Of a DNA stretch of 64,000 nt, positions 37,863-50,027 are shown piece by piece. The stretch's first letter is position 1. The number at the start of each line of letters is the position of its first letter. The position numbers and the translations under genes were made by a program. The DNA is from Haliotis rubra (Eukaryota): assembly GCF_003918875.1 (NCBI RefSeq), contig NW_025767102.1, positions 744,001 to 808,000 on the forward strand. Direction: 5' to 3'. The notes beneath the pieces were generated by a model. That model was not told the DNA's origin, searched no databases, and worked only from the letters and a program-made list of their open reading frames with translations.

Positions 37863-40800
37863 ATGGAAATAACGTTTCTTGGGACTGCATCAGCATACCC
37901 GACACCTTCGAGAGGAGTATCCTGCGTTGTTCTCAAGCATGGTATATAATATTATAATGATGTTAACATGACTCTCACATGACTTCCAATGCATTTCATT
38001 TCTCCTCCAGTAAAAGTTTAGACTTTTAGGCTGTTTAGTGACAAGATCATGCCCTCGAGATTCACGGTCATTCTTTATCCAAAAACTTTTCGTTACTCTC
38101 AGTGAATATGTGGTTCTAAACGGGTGCCAGTCAAATCGCCCCAGCTACAAAATGCCCCAGCCAATTTGGTCAAAATGCCCCAGATTTTTGGTCAAATCGC
38201 CCCAGGTTTGGTCAAATTGCCCCAGGGGGGTAGTCAAAATGCCCCAGTGTATTTAAAATGATTAAATATATGCCATAAATGCATTAAAACATGTTCACTA
38301 ATTGACATTCAATGCTGTGTTTAGTTAAAGGAAATGTTGAGGCTCGAATGTATGAACATTTCAGGCTATAAAAACATATTCACTAATTGACCATCACCTA
38401 TCGAGATTCAAATATGTAATTTTGACTTAAATTTCTGTAGCAGATTTTGTCTAATCATACATTCTCGTCTCCAACTTGAATGTAGTGACCTTAATGCGCA
38501 CAAGTATGAAAGATTTATATCTCTGACATCATCTTGCTCTTGTGGCCATAACTATGAAGACTCTGCTCACTATTTCTTTTCATGTACTCTTTACAACGAT
38601 ATACGTCAAATTATGTATTTTTATACTAAAGGATTTGACCTAAAATCAATTTTGTTTGGAAACCAACGCTGCTCCTCAATAGTAAACAAAGAACTTTTAA
38701 TTTCAGTGCACTGTTTTATAAATTTAACAGGCAGATTTGATCCAAAATATTTTGTTTATGTGACATATACCATTTAACAATGATAGGCGTTATTTCTCGT
38801 TTTTGCAACATTTATATATCATTCACATTGTACATTCATCATGACGAGTTTATTCTTCCTTCCATTGTATCCCAGAGCGGTATTCATATAAGCTTATGCT
38901 TGTTTACCAATCCGGTTCCTTTCTTTGGAAATAAATATGTTTAAATAATAAATATTATACCATACTTGTTATGATTACATAATGCCATTTGTTGACCAAA
39001 AACTATTTACAGCCATATTATACAAACCTTTCATTTTACTCTTGTAATTCTTTACCAAATAATTGGTATTATAGTGTTGTTTATGTACATGAATATTACT
39101 TTTGGTCTTATCAGTTTACTAATAGAATCTTTATCAGAAATATCACTATATAATATTATATATAGAATATAATATGGAAGTTGACAAAACTATGCATTTG
39201 TGGCATATATTTAACCAATTTAAATACACTGGGGCATTTTGACTACCCCCTGGGGCAATTTGACCAAACCTGGGGCGATTTGACCAAAAATCTGGGGCAT
39301 TTTGACCAAATTGGCTGGGGCGTTTTGTAGCTGGGGCGATTTGACTGGCACCCTTCTAAACACTATGAAAAGTTTGTGATTAAACAGATAACATGAATGT
39401 TATATCTCCGTAAATGCAAAATATTTTTGAAGCCTATTTATTTAAACATTTACATTATTATTGTAAGTAACTGTGGACAACAGTATAATAATGTTTATAA
39501 TCATAAATTGGAAAAACTTCCGCCCACTCTATTATCAGCTAGCCTACCAATCATAGACACACATTATTGTTTGTTTAGTTGTTAAAATAGCATGGAACTA
39601 CTGGCAATGCATATGTGTTATGATTAATATTTTCATCATGTTTACAACATTTTAAATATGAATGAATACAACTGACACTAGTGACAGCGTTTCAGTGTAG
39701 ACAAATATGTATCTAAAGTGTTTAACTGTTTTCTGCAGATAGCTGGTGCTGGATGTTTGACTGTGGAGAAGGATCACAGATTCAGCTGATGAAGAGTCCC
39801 CTTAAACCAGGGAAAATCAGCAAAATATTCATATCTCATCTACATGGAGATCATGTGAGTCTTTATTTCCAGAATGTCTGAATCTCTGTCACAAACTGAT
39901 GTCATGTACTGTGTTCAGTACTAATCGTGAAAGTTAATGGTTCTTTCATTACCTGTAATGTCAAGCAATGGAGATCTCTGGAGATTTTCTACTCTTTTAA
40001 TAATCTCAACCCCTATACTTGATTATCTGGATTTTCAAGCGACATTGGGATGCCCTTTCAAATCACTGTTGGCAGAGTAGACGCATTTATTATGTAAACA
40101 TTCTGCAATCCGATTATCAGCTTATGACTATCTAGTTGGTTCCATTTTAACCATAAGATTTGTAGCCGTTTTCACCAAGTCGAAGTTCCGTTTTGTCCAA
40201 ATGATGCTGTTTTCTCCAGGTGCCGGTTTTAGCCAGAACCCTATATTATATCTCTGTACTATGGACCCTTTTTGCTGCCATCCCAAGTTTTAGAAACACT
40301 GACAATGGGTTAATTATTATCTAGCTGCTGCCTGGCTGTAAAGTGTAACAATTACAAAACTTTTCAGTTAAGACTATCGTTAGCCACTCACAATAATTTC
40401 ATGGCTCAAAATGTTCTAGATGTACAAGAATTGCTTATGTACAGTTTGTGAATACATTCTAAAGGATTCTAGATATTTATTCAAAGAAGATGCAGCTACA
40501 GACAGGAGGGGAAGTTCATTCTTGAGAGTGTGTTTGGATTTTTTTCCTTTTAGCAGTATTATAAATAGACATTGATGTTTATAGTTGATGTTTCAATTTT
40601 TCCTGAATGTACTGACATCAGGCCATGAATGATAGTTGGAATCGCTGATATTGGATTATTTTTTAATCACATTGATGACCACTGTGGTTTCCTGTTATGA
40701 AATATGTATTAGCAATGTTGAGTTGAAAATTTTCTCTAAGATACTAATAACCATTGTTTATGTTCCAAACTTTGTTCTACATCAAAGGTGTCATGATTGA

Positions 40801-43800
40801 GATGTCCTAACCCTTGTTGTATCTTTTGTTAGAAGTAAGTGAGGTTCATGTTTGATCAAGACTTTAGTTATGTTATTTCGGTTGAATGGTTGAGGATATG
40901 ATCCAATGGAGTTTGCCACCTTAGCAAAATGTTTGTGCTGACTGTTCAAGTAGTATGTTGTGTGCAAATCTTGGATTCATCTAAGGTTTGCTAATATTCA
41001 CAGCCATCTTGGATTCGTCAGATAACTGAGTCACCATGGGACTCTGGTAAAGAGAAAAGCTTAGTTAATCAGCTGATGGTCCTAATATTATCATGGATAA
41101 AAAATGTAGGAATCTATGAAATGATGTTCATTGTTTACATCTGACACCTTTAGCAGTTACCTTGGTGACCTGAACATGTAACTGACATAGAATAGGACCA
41201 TTCTCATTGTTTCCAATTGTCGTGTGCTGGGCTGGAAGCTGATGCAAGCGAGGTAATCAAGAGTGTAATGGGTTAACTCATTTCAGTACATGTACTGGGT
41301 GGTGATGGTGGTGGGTTTGTTGTTTAATGCCGCACTCAGCAATATTCCATCTATATGGCGGCGGTCTGTAAGTAATTGAGTTTGGACCAGACAATCCATT
41401 TATCAACAGCATGAGCATCAATCTACACAACTGAGATACGATGGCATCTGTGAAACAACTCGGCGAGCCTGACCACCCGATCCCGTTAGTCACCTCTTAC
41501 GACAAGTATGGGTGGCTGATGACCAATTCTAACCCAGATCTTCATATTCATTTTTGACAAGTTCAAACTGATTTTTTTCACAGTGTTTTGGACTCCCCGG
41601 CCTCATGTGTACCATCAGCCAGAACAACGCAAGGACCGAGCCTGTGGAGCTGTATGGACCGCTGGGACTCAGGAAGTTCCTTCGTGTGTCTCTGGAGCTG
41701 TCTCGCTCACAGCTCGGGTTTGACTATATCGTTCATGAGCTGCAGGTTCTTGACAGCCAGCTGCCAACTGATTGGATGGTACGTTCAGTTCATTTGACCT
41801 GCTGTAGGATGTTGATTGGTGTAATTGATTGCATTGTATTAGTCATGCTGAACAAGAGTGAGTGAGTTTGGTTTTACGCCATTTTTAGCAATATTCCAGC
41901 AATGTCACAGCGTAGGACACCAGAAATGGCTTCACACATTGTGCCCATGTGTGGAATCGAACCCGAATCTTTCACGTGACCAGCAAGCGCTTTAACCATT
42001 AGTCTACCCCACTGCCCCTGCTGAACAAGAAAAATATCAATGCATAAAATAATGGGCTTTTGCTGGTTTTAGTTAGTGAAACACCACAAATTACTTGCAA
42101 CTTAATTATTCTCATTTTGACTTCAAAGGATACATGATAAAATCAGATGGACTTCAGCTTCCTTTGTACTAATTATTTTGTCTGCAGTGATATCCGTTGT
42201 TTGTTGGTCATGATTGTATGTCAACATTTAAATGTCTCTCAGTATATGAAACCAAGAAGTAAAACATCTGACAAATCTCTGGAATATATAATTATTTCCC
42301 AGATTTGTTTCATCAGTACAGGGGCACAGGTAGTGTGAGGCCCAACCAATTTCAGTGAGGGTTGTATGCCTTTGACCTGCCAGAATACTATGGTCTTGAT
42401 CAAATGCTAGATTTACCCAGGTAACTGCCAGTTGTCTGTGGTCTGTGTTTGCCGCGATTAGGACCTCATCGCGGGGGATCGGCTTATGTACGAAACATAC
42501 CATTTTGACACTGATTTTAAGGGTCAAGTTTGGGGGTCGGCTTTTCTATGGGGTCAGGTTATCTACGGTAATATATGGTACCCTTAAAATGATCATTGAT
42601 TTGTAAATACAATATGTTTGCTTTTTGGTTTCTCCAAAGTAGTGCACACATTAGACCTACATTAAACTTGGTCTTTTCTCCCACATTACTACGGACCCGT
42701 GAAGACCCATGGTTAGAATTGGTCTTCAGTAACCCATGCTTGCTGTAAAAGGCGACTAACGGGATCGGGTGGTCAGGCTAGCGGACTTGGTTGACCACAT
42801 GTCATCGTATCCCAATTGCATAGATCGATGTGCAACAATTGATCACTGGATTGTCTGTTCCAGACTCGATTAATTATAGACCGCCACCATGCAGCTGAAA
42901 TATTGCTGTGTGCAGGGTTAAACAACAAACCAACCAACCAACCCACATTATGTTGACATGCTGTAATTGTATTAATGTTTAGAGCAACCTGAAACACAAA
43001 TCACTCGTTCATGTACAAAAGTGTATGATAGAAGCTAACAGTGCATGTTGAGATATTGTTTTCTTCTGTGACAGGACTGGACTGTTGACCACACTGCTGA
43101 TGAAAAACTCCATCCAAACGAGAAGGCAGGTAGACTTATCTCCCCTGATGAAAATGGTGTGTGGCAACTGTGAGTTAGTGACTTGATTCGTTTCACCATG
43201 GTAGAGACACAAATATGTGGTAGACACATGGTAGACATGTGGTAGAAATGGGCATGGTAGTTATGTCAGTTTTGTCAATGACACGTGGAAGACTCTGCTT
43301 TCAAATGGTCATTGTATACCAGGGCTCCAGATAAGGGCCGTATCGGCATATGTACGGATAAAAAATATGCACGATACGGTAGGAAATAATTTAGAAAACG
43401 TAGCAGATACGCACCACAGCAATGGTGTCCGGTGTTATTATCATTTACAGACGTATTTATCTGAAAAAAAGTATTGTTTTATTGTTTATTGACCTGTTTA
43501 CACAAGAGTAGCAATGTTGTGGTGCATATATGAAACGAAACACAAGATTACTGATAGTCCATTAGCTTCCATTCAGTACTCTAAATGTACACTTAAGGTT
43601 TTCCAGTACTCAATATTCAACAAATAAGGAGTATGTACTCCTGATGTTGAAAAACTATCTGGAGCCCTGGTATACAGAGGATAGCGATAGAAATAGAAAC
43701 AATTCAGTGTTAGACTAAGTGTGGTAGACAGGTGGCAGTGGTAGACATAGGATTGGCACATAGTCAACATTGTAGGGACATGGTAGTCATATACATGATA

Positions 43801-46800
43801 GACTCAGGGTATTGGTATAAACGAAGCTATCAGTGGTAGTCTCGGGGTAGTGGAAGACATATGGTAGACATATGGTAGACACAGGGTAGTATTAGACTAA
43901 ATACTCAATAAATGTCTGTTTTTTTATATGTATATGCTAAATCTCATTGCATCATCATGGTAATACTATCAGAACAAGTCTAAAATGACCATAGTGAGTG
44001 TCAATCTCTGACTAGACTGGCATTTTGGAGAATTTAAAGCAATATCTGAGCAAATCAAATATTGTATCTTGTTTCAATCATCGCCGTATGTACAATGAGA
44101 TGAGCCTCTTGTGGAAGCTCCAGGGTATGACTTATGTCCTATAGGTTCAATGATGGGAAGTTCTACGTGCAGGCTGTTCAACTCAAACATCGGGTGCCAT
44201 CATTTGGGTTCTCTGTACAGGAGGCACCACAACCAGGCAGGTATGAACACTGATGATAGGCTGTCAAGTTCTTGTGTGTATATCTCTTTAGGCTGTCAAG
44301 TTCTTGTGTGTATATCTCTTTAGTCTGTCAAGTTCTTGTGTGTATGTCTCTTTAGGCTGTCAAGTTCTTGTGTGTATATCTCTTTAGGCTGTCAAGTTCT
44401 TGTGTGTATATCTCTTTAGGCTGTCAAGTTCTTGTGTGTATATCTCTTTAGGCTGTCAAGTTCTTGTGTGTGTCTTTAGGCTGTCATATCTTGTGTGTAT
44501 AGGCTTTAGGCTGTCAAGTTCTTGTGTGTATATCTCTTTAAGGCTGTCAAGTTCTTGTGTGTATATCTCTTTTGGCTGTCAAGTTCTTGTGTGTATATCT
44601 CTTTAGGCTGTCAAGTTCTTGTGTGTATATCTCTTTAGTCTGTCAAGTTCTTGTGTGTATATCTCTTTAAGGCTGTCAAGTTCTTGTGTGTATATCTCTT
44701 TAGGCTGTCAAGTTCTTGTGTGTATATATCTTTAGTCCTGCAATACAAGAATAATTAACAAAACAGACATGGCAAATTATTCAGATAACTTTAAGAGTGA
44801 CAAAATAAATACTACAACACATTTTTTTATGATAATATCACCTGCAATTGCATTTTGAAAATATGTTTGTTCCAGGTTCGATGTCCAGGCCGCCAAGGCT
44901 AGGGGAATTCCAGCTGGGCCCCTGTACTCTAAGCTCAAGTCTGGGGAAGCAGTTGTCCTCGAAGATGGAACTAAGGTATTGATGGTGTCTGACATGGCTT
45001 ATAACCAGTCATAAAACGATGCTCAGTTTCTATGAGGACTGTTATACATAGAGGTGTGACGATACAGAAATTTCACGATACGATACGATACGCGATATCT
45101 TGGAACGATACGATTCGATTCGATGCATATCACGATATGCTTTCTTTAGTTATTTTCTTTAAAAAAATCATATTTTAATAGCAAGAAATATTGACATAAC
45201 CGTCAATATCTAATGAAAATTAACAATTTTAAGGTCAACGATACATGTCACGATACGAAAAATGTATCGATATATTTATCGTCAGATAAAGTATCATGAT
45301 TATAGATACTACAATATATCGTCACAGCTCTAGTTATACATCAGTCATGCAGCTGTTTATGCCTGTACTGAGGGTAGGAATACAGATTACAGCAGTCAAT
45401 GCTTGTCATCAGAAGCAGCTGAATGAATCAGCATGGGGTTGTGGTTGGCATGTCATTGTGGTCCCATCATTGTGTCCAAAGTCTGTGGATCAGTAGTCTT
45501 CATATATTGTCTGTTTGCAACTGTTACTTACAGACCACCATCTTATTGCGGGAATGATGTTGAACGGTATTGTTAAGCAACAAACAAATAAACAAACACA
45601 CATAAAAGTGAGTGAGTGAGTGAGTTTAGTTTTATGCCGCTTTTAGCAATTTTCCAGCTATATCATGGCGGGGGACACCAGAAATGGGCTTCACATATTG
45701 TACCAATGTGGGGAATTATATAAGCAACAAGTTCATCTTATGTTAAGGCTATCATCTATCCAGTTATAGTTCAGCACTCCCATTAATTTCGGGATGTATT
45801 ATGATCAGTTATTCTTCACATATTATGCTGGCCCGACTTTTTGTGCAGGTAGACGCTAGTGAGGTGGTCGGACCATCACGACCTGGACGCCACATCCTGG
45901 TGATGGGGGACACTAGTGACACCTCCGAGCTGGTCAAGGTGGGGCGAGGAGCAGACGTCCTCGTACATGAAGCAACACTGGAGAACGCTTTGTGGGAGAA
46001 GTGCTTGGAGAATGGTCATTCCACTCCAGGTGAGCCTTAGATATTACGATTTTTAAGATTCATCTTCATCTTATGTAGACATGTAATGATATGAGCAGCA
46101 TAAAACTAAACTCACTCTGATGAACAAGTGGTCATATTTGTTTTGTATTGCAAACTTGCCCTCATTTGTTTGTGTGTTTTGTGTGTCTCCTAGCAATGGC
46201 GGCAGAGGTGGCACAGCAGCTGGATGTAGGACAACTCATACTCACCCACTTCAGCCAGAGATACAGGCCGTTATCTTATGATGCCCAGGTTCGTATATGC
46301 AGTCAAACCACCTTATCTTTATCTCAGATTTCTCGAATCACTTGTTGTATTGAACTCCCAATCCAGTCTGGCAAACTCCTTGTGTATTTACCAATATTGT
46401 AACCAGATATGTCGAAATGGACAGGTCAAATTTTCGGTTATTCCAAAAATGAACTTCAGTCAAAAGAGATCCTGAAATTGTGTGTAAATGTGCCCGAATA
46501 AATTGTTGGTCAAGTTTTCAGTTTCTGTCTGGTCCAGGTTCTTGTCCTTACCATGTACTATGTCACCTACCTGTCCAGTGATCGTAAGATGCAACTAACA
46601 GGATATCATCATATCCCGGGTTAGAATTGGTCTTCAGTAACCTATGCTTGTTGTAAGAAGCAATGTCACATGTCATCATATCCCAATTGCGTAGATTAAT
46701 GCTCATGCTGTTGATCACTGGATTGTCTGGTCCAGACTTGATTATTTACAGACTATCACCATATTGCTGGAATGTTGCTGAGTGCAGCATTAAACAACAA

Positions 46801-46989
46801 ACAAACAAACACAAACTGACCAGTGAAAGGAGTGAACAAGTTTCAGTGTGTTCTATTTCTCCATTGTTCCAGGAAGGGGAGGACTCTGTGGTGAAGCTGC
46901 TGGAGGAGGCTGAGAATGTCCTGGGGAAGGGCAAGGTCATCTGTGCAGAAGACATGTACACCTACACAGTACCGATGAAGAAGTCTTGA
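37863..46989 (+). CDS. ELAC1: ELAC1, zinc phosphodiesterase / RNase Z short form. Exons 37863-37941, 39739-39854, 41584-41778, 43075-43169, 44145-44240, 44876-44975, 45849-46029, 46194-46288, 46873-46989 (357 aa)
   Basis: [24 protein letters not shown], the HLHGDH metallo-beta-lactamase motif, a GP-type exosite ([14 protein letters not shown]), GDT, HEAT, GHST and LTHFSQRY. All phases are compatible; 1074 nt. Confidence 0.96.
38122..39353. mobile_element. Non-autonomous foldback/Mutator-like DNA transposon, 1232 bp, in ELAC1 intron 1
   Basis: About 165-bp TIRs starting GGGTGCCAGTCAAATCGCCCCAG and built of repeated CAAA.[T/C]GCCCCAG motifs; perfect 8-bp TSD TTCTAAAC. Confidence 0.9.
38451..38950 (+). 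mobile_element. 5'-truncated CR1/L2-group LINE 3' end nested in the foldback element
   Basis: Translates as [43 protein letters not shown], then a frameshift, then ...LFG...GRF*, the typical Cys/His C-terminus of these ORF2 proteins. Ends AATAAATATGTTTAAATAATA. Confidence 0.7.
41297..41545 (-). mobile_element. SINE family B
   Basis: Family B consensus with an (ACC)n-like tail. Confidence 0.8.
41858..42018 (-). mobile_element. SINE family A
   Basis: TSD TGCTGAACAAGA. Confidence 0.85.
42694..42943 (+). mobile_element. SINE family B, full length
   Basis: Starts GACCCGTGAAGACC, ends in (AACC)n, flanked by CCCACATTA. Confidence 0.85.
43320..43669. mobile_element. MITE (CAGGGCTCCAGATA TIRs)
   Basis: TIRs at both ends; a homologous reverse copy lies at about 10985-11299. 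Confidence 0.75.
44258..44735. repeat. 32-bp minisatellite (GCTGTCAAGTTCTTGTGTGTATATCTCTTTAG), about 15 units, in ELAC1 intron 5
   Basis: Direct periodicity of 32 nt. Confidence 0.95.
45049..45332. mobile_element. hAT-like MITE
   Basis: TIRs TAGAGGTGTGACGAT / ATCGTCACAGCTCTA, perfect 8-bp TSD GTTATACA, CGATA subterminal repeats. Confidence 0.85.
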
Positions 46990-47083
46990 TACATGACTAA
47001 TGACTTACCTCTGTCATAGCATGACCAGTCATCTATAAGTGATGATCTGATCCATTCTGTCTGGAGTTGGTGTCAGTGATAGT

Positions 47084-47545
47084 GACACAGGCATGTTGTT
47101 AGAAGGCCTCTATTGGTGATGTTTGTGATGGTGTCATGATAACACAGGCATGTATGACTGAAGATCTTTATTGGTGATGTTTGTGATTATGTCATTGGTG
47201 ACACAGGCATGTATGACTGAAGGTGTCTGTTGGTGATGTTTGTGATTATGTCATTGGTGACACAGGCATGTATGACTGAAGGTCTCTGTTGGTGATGTTT
47301 GTGATTATGTCACTGGTGACACAGGCATGTATGACTGAAGGTCTCTGTTGGTGATGTTTGAGATGGTGTCACTGGTGACACAGGCATGTATGACTGAAGG
47401 TCTCTGTTGGTGATGTTTGTGATTATGTCATTGGTGACACAGGCATGTATGAGTGAGGGCCTCTATTGGTGATCTTTGAGATGTTGTCATTGATGACACA
47501 GGCATGTATGACTGAAGATCTTTATTGGTGATGTTTGTGATGTTG
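47084..47545. repeat. 59-bp minisatellite, about 8 units, just downstream of the ELAC1 stop codon
   Basis: Unit TGACACAGGCATGTATGACTGAAGGTCTCTGTTGGTGATGTTTGTGATTATGTCATTGG. Confidence 0.9.
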
Positions 47546-50027
47546 ATTGTGCCATTCACAAATATAAGTGCACTGATTACTGATTGCTCTCAAAGTACAA
47601 TTGATTGTACAAAGGCTGTTTAGTGTCATCTTCTGACAGAGATGGTGATTTGTCAGGTTGTCTTACAAGTCATTTAATCTATAGTGTTCCCCCTAGGATT
47701 CAGAAAGGACAGGGTAACTTTGTACAAAAGGGCACTTCATAATCTAAAAGGGCAGTTTGGTGAGGATTATTGAAAAAATAACAAAAAAAAGGGCAGAGCG
47801 CAAAAATCAAAGGGCAGGGCACAGCGCCCTCCTAAATGTGCCTAGGGGGAACACTAATCTACATGTATATCTTCACCTGTCACCCTTTATCATAAATTAT
47901 GTCAGTCATGTTAATAAAAACCCAAACCATATTCAACATTTTAAGTGTCATTTTTCTGTAAGGAAAGTCATGCAGGGAGGGCCAAACATGACAGACGGTG
48001 GAGTTTGTCTTCATAGTGACACGTAATTCATCTGGTCTGTGTGTCTGCGTGAGCTCACTTCCCGTTATCATGGGGTACGTCGTCTATAATTCACATCAGC
48101 TACATGCGTCTACATGTACATTGTTTTGAACGGCATACAGTGAACCAGAAATGATAAGAGACGATGTTCAAAGCCAGTTTGGCCTATACTGGAATATTGC
48201 TATATCAGCATAAAACCTTACTCACTCAAATGTATTAATATATTACCTCCCCACTCATCCTGACAAGATCAACAGTGTCAAAAGTTATAATAATTATATC
48301 TAATGACCGCACAGCAGAAATTTATATGAGTTTAGCCTAAGTCAAACACCTTCTTGTTTAGCCTACCCCAGTGTTAAGATTTAAGTCAGAAATTGCCAAA
48401 ACGTAAGCCTAAGCATCTCAATGAATATGACTTAAATATGAGAAAGTGAAAAGCTTTATTTTATTTCAGACTTCAGTTCTTTTATGAATACCGACCCTGG
48501 ACTTTAGATGCATAATTTTTGTCGCATACATGCAGGGTATGACTCCCCAAAATATCAGCCAGACCACAGAGCTGTTTAGATGTAAAACTTGCGAGCCCTA
48601 TCCAAAACTTATCTGCCCAGAAAATATCTACATATTTACATGTCTAAATTTTAAAGCGACCGTCGAGCAGGTGAATTTGAGAATCTGGCAGTCCGTGTTG
48701 AAAATAACCGGTCCAGGGTGGTCGGGCAGAAGTTATTTCGAACGCTGATACATGACACGCTGGTGATAACAGATGATCAAATTGTTTAGGTGGTCAGGCT
48801 GGTTACTTGCTTTAGTATGCCCTCAAGCCCTGACCATATGGATCAGTGCTCACAATATCAACCACTGGCTGCCACGCCGTCATGCTGGAATATTGCTTTG
48901 TGCGGTAGTGGTGGTCCGATTAATTGAAATAATCGAAGATTGGTTGCAGTGACTAAACGACCAAGCAATCGATCATGTTTTCTCATAATCGAACACAAAC
49001 AATTCTGGAACATTTTTTGCATTAACAATATTTTTCACAAGGTTGGTTTTGTAAGTTACATTTCATAACCACTACAAGCTTGTTCCAAGTCATGATTGAA
49101 TTTATCTTAAAGACTCAAGGAATTTTATGTTCCTAACATACTAGTTAAGTAGTAATCCTTTCAAGATGTGAAATTTGCCACCCAAAAAACCCAAAAGAAC
49201 TACGTGTTTTTTCATTATGTTTTTTTTTTAACCAAAAAAAAAGAAAAAAAGGAAAATTTCATAATTGACGCTAACCAATTATTTTCGATGATTGATCGGT
49301 TGTAATGAAGCAATCATCAATTATGAGGTTTTAACCAATTCCCAACACTAGTTTGCGGTGTTGAACATCAAGCAAATCATATTGCAGTCTGCAAATAATT
49401 GCATAATAATACAAATAGTGAACTGTGATGGCGTTGGGGTTTTGATCAATTTATGAAAGATGTTTGTTAAATTGTTGATTGAAAATAAAGTTGACAAAAT
49501 GTGCCATCACACTGCTATTATTATCTGTATAAGTAATTAATACCTTATATATAGTCGGGTGTGCTGCATTCTTGTTACTCGAATTCTAAATATTTGACAA
49601 CAAAAATGTAACTCAAACTATTTTATTTAACAAATCGAAGGAAAGAGACAACAAAGTTCAACCAGATTTTATTGAAACATTCAGCGTGTACATTCCCGTG
49701 AATACTGTTGGTGAACAAGTTTTCCCTACCCAATAGGATTTGAATCCAACCTGTACAAAGAGGAAAGGTGAAAATGTTTTGAAACATGAAGTAAATCTCA
49801 AAAACCTGATATACTGGCCCATGGGAGTTCGGTTTGTTATGCTACGGGCATTACAAGGTGTATTAACCGCAATTGTAAAGTTGCAAAGACAGACTGAGAA
49901 GGACATAAGGTTTAATGTGTTATTATGAATATTTAACATGGAATATAGAGGATATTTGGTTTCAGCTACAGACGTGACTGTTTCACGGAGTAAAGAAGGA
50001 ATATAGAGGGTATTTAGTTGCAGCTAC

